A DNA stretch of 64,000 bases from Myxococcota bacterium (lineage in GTDB: Bacteria > Myxococcota_A > Bradymonadia > UBA7976 > UBA1532). Below the pieces are notes generated by a model, which searched no databases, was not told the DNA's origin, and was given only the letters and a program-made list of their open reading frames with translations. Both the position numbers and the translations under genes were made by a program. This document shows, piece after piece, positions 30,613 to 40,555 of this stretch; position 1 is the first letter of the stretch; every line of letters begins with the position of its first letter. Location: positions 24,744 through 88,743 of the forward strand of contig JAYZEG010000033.1 in assembly GCA_036337435.1 (NCBI GenBank), written 5' to 3'.

Positions 30613-30894
30613 ATGAGTGCATCAAAGAAAAAGAAGTCCAAAGGCCGTCAGAAGAGTAAAGCGGCCGTTGAGCGAGACCGACTGAGAGCTGATAAAGCAG
30701 GGTCAAGTCAAGGAGCACACGGCTCCGTCGAGGTGCCCCAATATCGAGGCGGTGTCATGAGTAACCTGCGGGGGGGCTTTCAGTCGGCAGTCGGCCAAGG
30801 CGAGACGAAAGGTAAGGGCAGCACGTTAAACAACATCATTTGGATCGCTCTCATCGGTGCTGCGGTCTTCATGTTGGTTAAACAATTTCAGTGA
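30613..30894 (+). CDS. Small hypothetical protein with a basic N-terminus and a C-terminal TM helix
   Basis: Begins MSASKKKKSK and ends IIWIALIGAAVFMLV. GTGA overlap with the next gene. Confidence 0.65.
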   Translation: MSASKKKKSKGRQKSKAAVERDRLRADKAGSSQGAHGSVEVPQYRGGVMSNLRGGFQSAVGQGETKGKGSTLNNIIWIALIGAAVFMLVKQFQ

Positions 30895-31772
30895 AACCGA
30901 TCCAACTGCAGCAAAAAACCGTACCGGTGAGCGGCCTCAACTATCGACTTAACGTTTGGGACGGAGGCGGCGATACGACCGTCTTCTTACTGCATGGATA
31001 TCTGGACTGTGGGCTCAACTGGTCATTCTTCGTTGATGCTCTTGGTTCATTTGATTGGCATGTGGTCGCGCCCGATTGGCGCGGTCACGGAGAGTCTGAT
31101 TGGGTCGGTGTCGGCGGCTACTACCACTTCACCGATTATGTGCGAGATCTACACCAATTGGTCAAACGTATTGCCCGCCAGCGCATTATCATTGTGGGGC
31201 ATTCAATGGGTGCCATGGTCGCTGTACATTGGCTGAGTACGCGCCCCGCAAATATCCTTGGATGTATTTTGGCTGAGGCGGTTGGTCCCCAACCTTTATC
31301 GGCCGACGATTACCCAAAGCGACTCGGTCAATGGCTGAAACAAACAGCACCTTTTGACCCGGCTCAAGTCCAGCGTCCACTGAACGACCTCACCGATGCC
31401 GGAAAACGAATTGCGCGCCAATACCGCTCAATGTCACCAGACCGAGTGATGCAAATTGCACGAAACTCGACCCGAAAGCGGGCCGACGGTCAGCTGGTAT
31501 GGAAATTTGATCCACTTCATCGAACAATTGCGCCCATGCCCGGTTTTCCCTCGATCACTGACGCATACTTGAAGGCAATCGAATGTCCGCTATACTGGAT
31601 TGGTGGAGAAAATAGTTTGTTTTTAAGACCTGAACTGCACAAATGGCTTGACCAGGCGCAGAATATCGCCAAAGTAACGCTTTCTGATACTGGTCATATG
31701 CTTCACACTGAAAATCCGATGGCATTAGGCATTGAAGTGAAGCGTTTCATCCATAGCTTAGACAGAAGCTAA
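30891..31772 (+). CDS. Alpha/beta hydrolase
   Basis: LHGYLD, APDWRGHGES, the GHSMG nucleophile elbow and GHMLH. Confidence 0.9.
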   Translation: MKPIQLQQKTVPVSGLNYRLNVWDGGGDTTVFLLHGYLDCGLNWSFFVDALGSFDWHVVAPDWRGHGESDWVGVGGYYHFTDYVRDLHQLVKRIARQRIIIVGHSMGAMVAVHWLSTRPANILGCILAEAVGPQPLSADDYPKRLGQWLKQTAPFDPAQVQRPLNDLTDAGKRIARQYRSMSPDRVMQIARNSTRKRADGQLVWKFDPLHRTIAPMPGFPSITDAYLKAIECPLYWIGGENSLFLRPELHKWLDQAQNIAKVTLSDTGHMLHTENPMALGIEVKRFIHSLDRS

Positions 31773-31791
31773 GCGGAGATAAGGAGCTGAT

Positions 31792-32124
31792 ATGGCAACG
31801 TACATCACTGATGAATGCATCAATTGTGGTGCCTGCGAGCCGGAATGTCCCAATAACGCAATCTCAGAGGGCGATGAGTATTTCGTGATTGACCCGAACC
31901 TCTGTACGGAGTGCGTCGGCTTTCACGGAGATGAAGCCTGCCAAACGGTATGTCCTGTAGAGTGCTGCATCCCGGACCCAGACCATCGCGAACAGGAAGG
32001 CGACCTGCTCGCCAAGGCCATCAAGCTGCACCCTGGTCAGGGTTTCCCAACGGAGGATCAATTGGACGAGACAACATCTCGGTTTCGAAATCCCGATTGG
32101 ATCAACGAAGGCCGAGACGACTGA
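31792..32124 (+). CDS. yfhL: YfhL-type 2[4Fe-4S] ferredoxin
   Basis: CINCGACEPECP and CTECVGFHGDEACQTVCPVECC. AAGGAG SD. Confidence 0.92.
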   Translation: MATYITDECINCGACEPECPNNAISEGDEYFVIDPNLCTECVGFHGDEACQTVCPVECCIPDPDHREQEGDLLAKAIKLHPGQGFPTEDQLDETTSRFRNPDWINEGRDD

Positions 32125-32153
32125 CCAAGTTTGAGGGCGGGAGACCGTCAAAT

Positions 32154-33272
32154 TCAGTCCTGCTTCAAAACAACCCAATCACCGTACTGTTCGAGCTGCT
32201 CGAATAGTGCGTGACGCGTCTCGGTTTTCGGCAAAGCGACGACAACCGGATAGGCGATCACTTGCATCAATCGACGCCAATCGGCGTGAGGAATGACCTC
32301 GCTATTTAAAAAACGCAGCAATTCATCGAGGGATTTCGAGCCGTCTTTAGGGACACATCCGTGCGGCACCAGCCCGCCGTCTTTGAGTTGGGCCAAGGTA
32401 TTGAATATGGAGACTTGTTCTCCCTGATAGGTCGTCTCCCCATCCGCGACTCCGTCGATCAGGAATTCGTCGTTGTACCCACCCATCTCCAAGTCTAAGG
32501 GAATTCCTTTGAGGCGCGCACGAGCCGGGCAGAGCCGCCTTGCCCAAAGCACCTCTGCACCGCCGCGTTGACTCCGTAAGCGGATTGGAATCAACTCTCC
32601 TTCACTCGCGTAATCACCATCGATCTCGGGGATGTCGATCCCCACTTTTTCCCACTGCAAACGTGCATCCTGAAATCGACCGAGAGCTGTATATGCGATG
32701 CCTAAATTCCAGTGACACGCCTGGTCATCAGATCGGAATCTTAGCACCGTTTCAAAGGCTGCGGCCGAGGCAGCCCACTCATTCTCAAGTTTCTTGATGA
32801 CGCCCAAATTGAACTGAGCACTCATATCACCCGGTAATGCCTTTGCCGCTGTGGTCACGAGTGGCGTTGCTGTTTCGATGAATTCCCATTGTAGCAGTAA
32901 GTGGCCTAAGTCACTTTGAAAGGCTGGGCCATGCTGTTCGGACATTGCGGAAATATGTTCCGCCACCTCTTGAGCACCGCGCCGATCACCCAAACCATAT
33001 AAGACGGTGCCAATCCAATCTTCCGCAACACGCCCCAAACGGTCTGGTGGCAGGTCCGAATTCCATGCCGCTTCCAGAATATGCAGTGAGAGCGGGTACA
33101 TCCGGTGCTGTCGCAAATGATCCAAGACTTGGAACAAAACAGTGGCCTCTTGGCCTTCGAGCCAATCGACGAGCCGAGTCCCCAGCGAAGTCGCATCATC
33201 AAACTGTGGATCGTAGCGCTCGATATCCTGCTTTAGTTCATCGGGTAATCCGTCAAGTGATTCTTTTTTCAC
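32154..33272 (-). CDS. TPR-repeat protein
   Basis: TPR-like helices AQFNLG and CHWNLGIAYTALGRF. GTGA overlap with ettA. Confidence 0.75.
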   Translation of the reverse strand: MKKESLDGLPDELKQDIERYDPQFDDATSLGTRLVDWLEGQEATVLFQVLDHLRQHRMYPLSLHILEAAWNSDLPPDRLGRVAEDWIGTVLYGLGDRRGAQEVAEHISAMSEQHGPAFQSDLGHLLLQWEFIETATPLVTTAAKALPGDMSAQFNLGVIKKLENEWAASAAAFETVLRFRSDDQACHWNLGIAYTALGRFQDARLQWEKVGIDIPEIDGDYASEGELIPIRLRSQRGGAEVLWARRLCPARARLKGIPLDLEMGGYNDEFLIDGVADGETTYQGEQVSIFNTLAQLKDGGLVPHGCVPKDGSKSLDELLRFLNSEVIPHADWRRLMQVIAYPVVVALPKTETRHALFEQLEQYGDWVVLKQD

Positions 33273-34948
33273 GAGCGAGCAAACTTCCTATATTTGATCC
33301 GCTTCGGGATGATTGTATCGACACCGAGACGGCGTTTTTTGTCTTCTTCATAGTCTTGATAGTTGCCCTCGAACCAAACGACATTGGAGTCGCCTTCGAA
33401 AGCAATGATATGCGTCGCAATACGGTCGAGAAACCATCTGTCATGGCTGATAATGAGCGCACATCCTGCAAATGATAAGAGTGCCTCTTCCAAGGCCCGT
33501 AATGTATCGACATCAAGGTCGTTTGTCGGCTCATCGAGCAAGAGAACATTGCCGCCGGACTTGAGGAGTTTGGCCAGATGAACTCGGTTCCGTTCACCAC
33601 CGGATAGGTAGCCAACCTTCTTCTGCTGGTCGCCGCCCTTAAATCCGAATGCGCCGACGTAAGCTCGAGAGTTCATGTCATAGCGACCCATCTCAATGAC
33701 TTCGGCACCGCCGGTGATCTCCTCCCAAATATTGTGATCGCCAGCCAGTTCAGCCCGACTCTGGTCCACATATGCAATGTCGACAGTTTCACCTGTTTTG
33801 ATCTGACCGGAATCGGGTGTTTGCTCGCCTGTCAGCATCCGAAACAAGGTTGTTTTGCCCGCCCCGTTGGGGCCGATAATGCCAACGATGGCCCCCGGTG
33901 GAAGTAAGAAATCGAGCTCATCGACCAAAAGTCTATCACCAAACCCTTTGGTCACCGATTTGGCCTCGAAAACGAGATCACCCAAGCGCGGGCCCGGAGG
34001 GATTCTCAATTCAAGTTTAGACCGCTGCTCTTCGTTTTGTTCGTTCAGCAGTGCCTCGAAAGCGCGAACACGCGCTTTACTCTTTGTCTGGCGCCCCTTC
34101 GGCGATTGCCTGATCCAATCTAATTCGTCCTTTAAAGCACGCTGCCGCGCAGACTCTCGTTTATCTTTGCTGCGGAGGCGATCCTGTTTTTGCTCTAACC
34201 AAGTCGAGTAGTTCCCCTTCCACGGGATCCCATGACCATTATCGAGTTCTAAAATCCACTCGGTCACGTTATCGAGAAAGTAACGGTCGTGGGTAATTAA
34301 GACGATGGTTCCATGGTAGGTTGTGAGGTGACCCTCCAGCCATGCAACAGTCTCCGCATCAAGGTGATTCGTCGGTTCATCCAAGAGGAGAAGATCAGGC
34401 TTCTCGAGAAGCAGGCGGCATAAGGCTACGCGCCTCCGCTCACCACCGCTCAGATGAGTGACGGCATCATCGCCAGGTGGCAGTCTAAGTGCGTCCATTG
34501 CGACTTCAATTTGACTGTCGAGCTCCCAAGCGTTGACAGCATCTATCTTGTCCTGCAAAACACCCATTCGGTCGTAGAGCTTTGTCATCTCGTCGTCGTC
34601 CATGGGCTCGCCCATTTTCCCCGTGATGTCATTGAACTCATCTAGAAGTGCCTGAGTTTGTGCAACACCGAGTTTGACGTTCTCAAAAACCGATAGCGAC
34701 TCATCTAATTCCGGTTCTTGGGGGAGATACCCGACGGTATAGCCCTTAGCTAACCAAGCTTCTCCAACAAAGTCTGTATCTTGTCCGGCCATAATCCGTA
34801 GCAGCGTCGACTTCCCTGCCCCGTTTCCACCGATGACGCCAATCTTAGCACCTGGATAAAAAGATAAGTGAATTCCTTTCAGGACGTCTTTACCGTTTGT
34901 GTATACCTTTTTTAGGTCGCGCATGTGGTAAATAAACTGCTCAGCCAT
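33269..34948 (-). CDS. ettA: Energy-dependent translational throttle A (ABC-F)
   Basis: Two ABC domains (GGNGAGKST/LSGGERRR and GPNGAGKTT/LSGGERNR), the LSFYPGAKIGV N-terminus, the SPKGRQTKSKAR linker and a RIKYRKF C-terminus. Confidence 0.96.
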   Translation of the reverse strand: MAEQFIYHMRDLKKVYTNGKDVLKGIHLSFYPGAKIGVIGGNGAGKSTLLRIMAGQDTDFVGEAWLAKGYTVGYLPQEPELDESLSVFENVKLGVAQTQALLDEFNDITGKMGEPMDDDEMTKLYDRMGVLQDKIDAVNAWELDSQIEVAMDALRLPPGDDAVTHLSGGERRRVALCRLLLEKPDLLLLDEPTNHLDAETVAWLEGHLTTYHGTIVLITHDRYFLDNVTEWILELDNGHGIPWKGNYSTWLEQKQDRLRSKDKRESARQRALKDELDWIRQSPKGRQTKSKARVRAFEALLNEQNEEQRSKLELRIPPGPRLGDLVFEAKSVTKGFGDRLLVDELDFLLPPGAIVGIIGPNGAGKTTLFRMLTGEQTPDSGQIKTGETVDIAYVDQSRAELAGDHNIWEEITGGAEVIEMGRYDMNSRAYVGAFGFKGGDQQKKVGYLSGGERNRVHLAKLLKSGGNVLLLDEPTNDLDVDTLRALEEALLSFAGCALIISHDRWFLDRIATHIIAFEGDSNVVWFEGNYQDYEEDKKRRLGVDTIIPKRIKYRKFARS

Positions 34949-35106
34949 GTCACCCTCTGTTGCTCGTTCGTTGTCGTGGTTGGTGCGACCCTGGACGGGT
35001 CAGACTGCGGACACACTAGCCCCATCTGGCTCGTTTACACAAGCACAACGGGTTGATGTTAGATTCGGTGGGGAAAAAGCGCGGTGGTAGCGTTCAGGAT
35101 AGCGAC

Positions 35107-35238
35107 TCAGGTCGATGACAGACGGCCGTTTCGCTTCTTCTTGAGTGCGCTGGCATTACGCAACCGAGACTTTCTCAATTTGGCCTTTCGAGCCGCTTTA
35201 CGACGGGCTGTGTTGCGACGCTTATTGGCTTGTTTCAT
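35107..35238 (-). CDS. Unannotated 43-aa Lys/Arg-rich small protein
   Basis: MKQANKRRNTARRKAARKAKLRKSRLRNASALKKKRNGRLSST*. AAGGAG SD 6 nt before the ATG. Occupies an otherwise empty gap of about 430 nt. Confidence 0.78.
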   Translation of the reverse strand: MKQANKRRNTARRKAARKAKLRKSRLRNASALKKKRNGRLSST

Positions 35239-35271
35239 GGCCGACTCCTTCATTTAATCTTCCATCAGTCA

Positions 35272-35308
35272 GGCCGCGCATTCTGTCTGTACTTGCTTCA
35301 GAGATCAA
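35272..35308 (-). promoter_or_regulatory. Putative sigma70-type promoter with a GC-rich discriminator for the small basic ORF
   Basis: Minus strand TTGATC-17 nt-CAGAAT-GCGCGGCC. Confidence 0.55.
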
Positions 35309-35374
35309 GTCTATCCGTCAGATTTCGTCTTTTTTCTCTGAAAACATCCGTAGACGCAGGCCTCTGGGCAGAAA

Positions 35375-37189
35375 TTATGACCCGTTTTTTTCGAAATACA
35401 GCCTATCGATGCGGTCCGCATACCGAGCAACCACCCGATCACGACGAATTTTGAGTGATGGTGTGAGCAATGATTCTTGTGTTGAGAATGCGTCGGCGAT
35501 TAATTCAAAGTCACGAACCGTTTCATGTTTTGCCAGCCTCTGGTTGACACGGTTGACCGACTCTTCAATGACGCGCCTGATTTTTGGTTCACGGAGAAGC
35601 GATTCTGGTTCTCGAAAGAACAACTTCTTTTTTTTGGCCCATGCTTCCAATTCAGTCATTGCAGGTACGATCAACGCAATACAGTAGGGTCGATTGTCAC
35701 CGATGAGGCAGGCTTGTTCGATCATCGGCTCGAGACGCAACAAACTCTCAACTCGCTGCGGTGCCACATAGCGTCCACCAGAATCCTTAAATAGGTCTTT
35801 TTTTCGGTCGGTAATCCAGACAAAACCGTCGCGATCAACGCGCCCGATATCACCGGTGGCCAACCAGCCATCATCGGATAAAACAGCGCGGGTAATGGAG
35901 GGCTGCTTCCAATATCCCTGCATTACGCTCGGTGCCTTGACCATGATTTCACCGTCGGTCGCAATGCGTACCCGAACATTATCCAACGCCTGCCCAACAC
36001 TGCCGAATCGATAATTTTCCGGTCGATTTACGCTCACCACAGGCGATGTTTCGGTCAATCCATATCCCTCGAGAATTAAGACACCTGAGGAGAAGAAGAA
36101 CTCGGCGATTTCAGGGGCGAGTGCAGCACCGCCTGAAACCAAAATCCGTAAACGACCTCCAAGACGATCATGCAAATCACGGAAAATTTTATCCCTGAGC
36201 CAGCCATACTGCCAGTTGAGGGTCTTACCACCTTGGCGACCGGTTTGTTGCTTCCGACTGAGACGCGCACCAACAGACAAAGCCGCGCCCATAGCAAGGC
36301 GCTTCGCCGGAGTCGATTCGCGCCGTACAATCTGTGCACGCCGGTAGACTTTCTCATAGAGTCGGGGCACACCGGTCATCAAAGTGGGTCGAACTTCTTC
36401 CAAATCTTCCAGCAAGCGGTCCATACCACATGAATAGTAGATGGTCGCACCGCCGAAGAAAGACGGCATGTAATAGCCGGCCATGCGTTCGAAACTATGG
36501 CTTAATGGCAAGAACGACAGCAGAACATCCTCATGGCTTATGGGAATTGCGCGCAGGCATGCCTCACAATTACTGGTCATATTTTCGTGGGATATCATGA
36601 CGCCTTTTGGCTGCCCCGTGGTCCCTGATGTGTAAATTAAGGTCATTAAGTCTGAGGGTTTTATCGCGTCGATTCGAGCGGGTATCGAACTTAAGTGCGC
36701 CGATGGCCGTCCGAGGTTTTCGAGCTTCAAAAGGCTTAAATGTTCGGCATCGAGTTCATCTAGAACTTTGACGGCTGAGTGAAAGGCGACCAGATATTGT
36801 GTGTCCGGAAATCGACTGATCTCCCCAGCGACTCGCCTCAGTACATCGGCCTCACCGACGAACACGGCCTTGACACCGGAATCCGATAGGATCCAGTCGA
36901 TATCCTCCATCGATGCCGTTTCAGATATCGCGACGGTCGCTGCACCAATGGACAGGATAGCCAAATCGGCAATGACCCATTCTACGCTGCTCTGACCAAT
37001 AATGGCTACGCGTTCGCCAGCCTCAACGCCAAGTTCGAGGAGCCCCGCTGCCGCGGCATCAACACGCTCATTGATCTGAAGCCAAGTCAGAGGCCGCCAG
37101 TGTCGATCACGGCGGCTGTAAATCATAGGCCTGCTGTGCAGTTTCGCGACCTGCTCTCGAAAAACTGCTGGAATGGTCCGTGTCGTCAT
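35375..37189 (-). CDS. Long-chain fatty acid-CoA ligase (AMP-dependent synthetase)
   Basis: YTSGTTGQPKG, FLPLSHSFER, EGYGLTETSP, TGDIG and TPSLKIRR. The ATG at 37189 is preferred over the TTG at 37198. Confidence 0.92.
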   Translation of the reverse strand: MTTRTIPAVFREQVAKLHSRPMIYSRRDRHWRPLTWLQINERVDAAAAGLLELGVEAGERVAIIGQSSVEWVIADLAILSIGAATVAISETASMEDIDWILSDSGVKAVFVGEADVLRRVAGEISRFPDTQYLVAFHSAVKVLDELDAEHLSLLKLENLGRPSAHLSSIPARIDAIKPSDLMTLIYTSGTTGQPKGVMISHENMTSNCEACLRAIPISHEDVLLSFLPLSHSFERMAGYYMPSFFGGATIYYSCGMDRLLEDLEEVRPTLMTGVPRLYEKVYRRAQIVRRESTPAKRLAMGAALSVGARLSRKQQTGRQGGKTLNWQYGWLRDKIFRDLHDRLGGRLRILVSGGAALAPEIAEFFFSSGVLILEGYGLTETSPVVSVNRPENYRFGSVGQALDNVRVRIATDGEIMVKAPSVMQGYWKQPSITRAVLSDDGWLATGDIGRVDRDGFVWITDRKKDLFKDSGGRYVAPQRVESLLRLEPMIEQACLIGDNRPYCIALIVPAMTELEAWAKKKKLFFREPESLLREPKIRRVIEESVNRVNQRLAKHETVRDFELIADAFSTQESLLTPSLKIRRDRVVARYADRIDRLYFEKNGS

Positions 37190-37397
37190 GAGCCTCAAAT
37201 CTATTTCGTCTGCACAGAGACCCGCTGCCCAGGAGGCATTGCCACGCTCCGTTGAAACCGTTCAGAGGCAAAACATAGCAAATAAAAGCAAGCCAATGTG
37301 GATAAAGATGCGGAGCTTCTTGCCCCGGATCCTCACTCCATGCAAGTCTCCCATATCGGAGAGAATTTTGTCTAGATCTTGGAGGGTTTGAGACCCG

Positions 37398-40300
37398 ATG
37401 CGTCCATCTGATTTTCCAGACGGTTATATTTCCCAAAGAGAACTCGGGGAAGGGTCCATGGGTCAGGTGTGGCTTGCGCGTACAACCGAGGGCGCCCACT
37501 GTGCCGTAAAAATTCTAAATTTACGTCAAGATCGACGAGGGTCTTCGGAGCGTTCGTTTAATCGAGAGGTGCGGGCGATGGCCCGTCTGTCACACCCTGG
37601 CATCATTCAAGTTCATGATTTTGGACGGACACCGAAGGGGGCTCCATTTGTCGTCATGGAATACGCGTCAGGTTCGCCGCTCAATCCGTACATGCGAGGC
37701 AGCTGGACTTGGCGGAGGCTCTGGACCCTACTCGATGGGCTCTTATCGGCTCTCGGCCATGCGCACGCACGCGAGCTAATTCATCGTGACCTCAAGCCCG
37801 GCAACGTCATTGTTATGCCAGACAGAACGGGCCCAGGCGCAGTCAAACTGGCGGATTTCGGAATCGCCTTGGCCATGTCAGAAACCAAGGTGTCTGAACG
37901 TCGGATTGAGGGGACACCTGCTTACATCGCGCCAGAGGCCGCATCGGGCGATGTCGCGTCAGTGGGTCCGTGGACAGACCTGTACTCTCTTGGCGTCATG
38001 CTCTTCGAAATTTTAACTGGAGACCTGCCCTACCATGGTCGTCATTTACTTGCGCATCATCAGCGGAGTCCCGTGCCACCAATCGAGATTCGACACGATG
38101 TCACAGTCTCTCCCGAAATCATCCCCATCGTCAGACGACTCTTAGAGAAAGTGCCTCATCGACGCTACCGCTCTGTTGCTGCTCTGAGAAGCGCCTTGTC
38201 CGAACTCGGTGTTCCTTCACCAGCAGCCCCGTTAGGCACGCCGCCAGCCACTGGTCTGTTCATGGACGATGAGTTCCCCGACGAGATGGTCACCCTGCAA
38301 CCTATCTCGGGGCCCAGCGGCCCAGGTCTATTTCACATTCGACAACCACAACTCGTCGGCAGACGAGGGATTCAAGATGTCTTGACGACCGCTGCTGAGG
38401 CAGCCATTGCAGGACGGGGACCTCGCTTAGTTATGTTGGAAGGACATGCAGGCGTTGGAAAAAGCTATCTGGGTGCCTGGCTTCGAGAGCAATTAGAAGA
38501 GAGTGGCCGGATGCGTACTCTGGTCATTCGCAGCGAGCCACAAGCCCAACAAGGTGGCGGTCTTCGTGCCGCCTTACTGCGACTATTGGGCGCGCCGACA
38601 GCGGATCGAGACCAGGCGGAAGACCTCTTTCTAGAGGCGTTCGAAGATCCAAAATTAAGACAGCTGGCGATGCGGGTTTTGTGGCCAGAGGATGACCAAA
38701 CGGGTCCCATGAGTGATCTCGCAATCAGAGAGGCAGCTGAACTCATCAAAGCCGTGGTGGGTGACACCCCATTTATGCTTTGGAGCGATGACTCACAATG
38801 GTCTCCCGAGGGCCGCGTGTTGCAACTCATTCATCGCTTAGCAAGGCCCGATGGCTTGACACACCTTCTGGTCCTGGTGACCCTTCGACCCAGTGAACGC
38901 GCGGCTGTCCAATCAACCTGTCGTGACCTCATGCGTTTGCCCGGCGCAGAAGCCCTTGCACTGGGTCCCGTCAGTCCCTTGGAACTGGCCCCGGCCCTCG
39001 AATCCCTTGCCCCTTTGCCCGACGGCCTTGCCGAGGCTGCGAGCATGGTTGCCGCTGGAAATCCGTTGATCGCCGTCGAAGCGGTTCGAAGCTTTTTGGA
39101 GACTGAAGGCCTGGGCCATGCGCCAACGGATCCAAATTTAGTTTTGCAACAACGAATTGAGCGTGCCACCAGCGGAGAGCGCGGTGGTGAAATGTTAAGT
39201 GCGCTCGCCCGTGCCACCCTTTTGGGACGGTCCTTTACGCTTGGCCCCCTGTGCAAATTATGCAGTGTAGACGGGGATCTCAATGCGCCTCAATTAACAG
39301 GAGACCAAGAATTCGTTCACAGCCTTCTCGAGGAGGCTGTGAATAGCGGTCTTGCCATCGAGCAAGGCGAACGGCGTTGGCGATTTGGCCATGATCTGAT
39401 TCGGACGCAGCTCCGTAAAACCTGTCGCCAACTCCAAAACTGGCCAAGTTTGAATCGAAAAGCCGCGAGCATCCGGATGGATAGGGCGCGTGTTGACCCA
39501 ACGGGAATCGAACTGGAAGTCGTCGCGCGTCATATGTGGGAGGCTGATGCAACACAGGACGCCCTTCAACTCGGCTTGGAAGGCCTAGACCGGCTTCATT
39601 CATCGGGGCTTATGGGTCATGCGAACTCTTTTGCCCGTCGTCTGATACGCTGGGATGACGAACGCGAGCTCCTCGATGTCGTCGAAAAAGGCGACCTATT
39701 GCTGATGGCAAGCGAAGCGGCCGAGCATGCCGGGCAACCCCATGAAGCAGAGCAATATGCGCGTACTGCAACGGACCTCGCAAGAGACGAAAAACTCGCC
39801 GCATTGGGCGCGCGAGCGGCGGGCCGTCTCGGTGTACTGAAATTACAGCACGATACACCTGAAGAGGCTGAACACTGGCTTTGGGACGCACTTCGTTTCG
39901 CACGCACAAGCGGAGATCAGCGCGCATTGGCAGACGTGAACCTATCCCTGGGCTATTTTTATCAACGCCGCGAGAAACTCGATTTGTCGAGTACGGCCTA
40001 CCAGGTCTGTCTCGAGCTGGCCGTCGAAAACGAAATGGGCGTCGCCGAACTGTCAGCTCGCGCCGCCTTAGCTGGTCTCGACCGCGTGATGGGCCATCTT
40101 GAGCGCGCTGAAAAAACCTTTGAGGCTGTCGCGACTCGAGCACAGGAAAAAGGCCTCGAAGTCATCGCCCTCAACGCGCGCCTGCAACTGGGCCTCTGCG
40201 CAAAATATCGCAACGATCCGGCAACGGCCTGGGACACCTTTGAAGAAGTGCGAAGTGGCGCTCGGGGCAATCTATTCAGCATTGATTTTTTCGCCTGCCT

Positions 40301-40532
40301 CGGCGCGGCGTGGGCGGCAGCTGCACAGGGTCGGTGGCATGAAGCTGAAACGCCGTTGATGCATGCAGAAGACCTCAGATACGACGTCCGGTTACGAGAC
40401 CCAGAGGCTGAAGAAATGCGGATATCAATTCGAAAACTGGCGACCGATGCGCGGCGTCCAGATATTGTCGAACGCATTAAGCGACTCGATATTTTGCGTA
40501 CCAAGACGGGGTCAACGCAACACTCGCTCTAA
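37398..40532 (+). CDS. Ser/Thr protein kinase fused to a P-loop ATPase (AAA_16/STAND-like) and TPR-like repeats
   Basis: Kinase motifs LGEGSMG, AVK, HRDLKPGN, DFG and APE. Walker A GHAGVGKS and Walker B WSDDSQW. FGHDLIR, then helical repeats at the C-terminus. Confidence 0.9.
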   Translation: MRPSDFPDGYISQRELGEGSMGQVWLARTTEGAHCAVKILNLRQDRRGSSERSFNREVRAMARLSHPGIIQVHDFGRTPKGAPFVVMEYASGSPLNPYMRGSWTWRRLWTLLDGLLSALGHAHARELIHRDLKPGNVIVMPDRTGPGAVKLADFGIALAMSETKVSERRIEGTPAYIAPEAASGDVASVGPWTDLYSLGVMLFEILTGDLPYHGRHLLAHHQRSPVPPIEIRHDVTVSPEIIPIVRRLLEKVPHRRYRSVAALRSALSELGVPSPAAPLGTPPATGLFMDDEFPDEMVTLQPISGPSGPGLFHIRQPQLVGRRGIQDVLTTAAEAAIAGRGPRLVMLEGHAGVGKSYLGAWLREQLEESGRMRTLVIRSEPQAQQGGGLRAALLRLLGAPTADRDQAEDLFLEAFEDPKLRQLAMRVLWPEDDQTGPMSDLAIREAAELIKAVVGDTPFMLWSDDSQWSPEGRVLQLIHRLARPDGLTHLLVLVTLRPSERAAVQSTCRDLMRLPGAEALALGPVSPLELAPALESLAPLPDGLAEAASMVAAGNPLIAVEAVRSFLETEGLGHAPTDPNLVLQQRIERATSGERGGEMLSALARATLLGRSFTLGPLCKLCSVDGDLNAPQLTGDQEFVHSLLEEAVNSGLAIEQGERRWRFGHDLIRTQLRKTCRQLQNWPSLNRKAASIRMDRARVDPTGIELEVVARHMWEADATQDALQLGLEGLDRLHSSGLMGHANSFARRLIRWDDERELLDVVEKGDLLLMASEAAEHAGQPHEAEQYARTATDLARDEKLAALGARAAGRLGVLKLQHDTPEEAEHWLWDALRFARTSGDQRALADVNLSLGYFYQRREKLDLSSTAYQVCLELAVENEMGVAELSARAALAGLDRVMGHLERAEKTFEAVATRAQEKGLEVIALNARLQLGLCAKYRNDPATAWDTFEEVRSGARGNLFSIDFFACLGAAWAAAAQGRWHEAETPLMHAEDLRYDVRLRDPEAEEMRISIRKLATDARRPDIVERIKRLDILRTKTGSTQHSL

Positions 40533-40555
40533 CGCATGTTCGCTCGATGGACTCG

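Noticed and set aside
35145..35687. 180-aa plus-strand ORF across the ettA-ligase gap
   Set aside because: It is antisense to the acyl-CoA ligase and to the better-supported 43-aa basic ORF, and has no SD.
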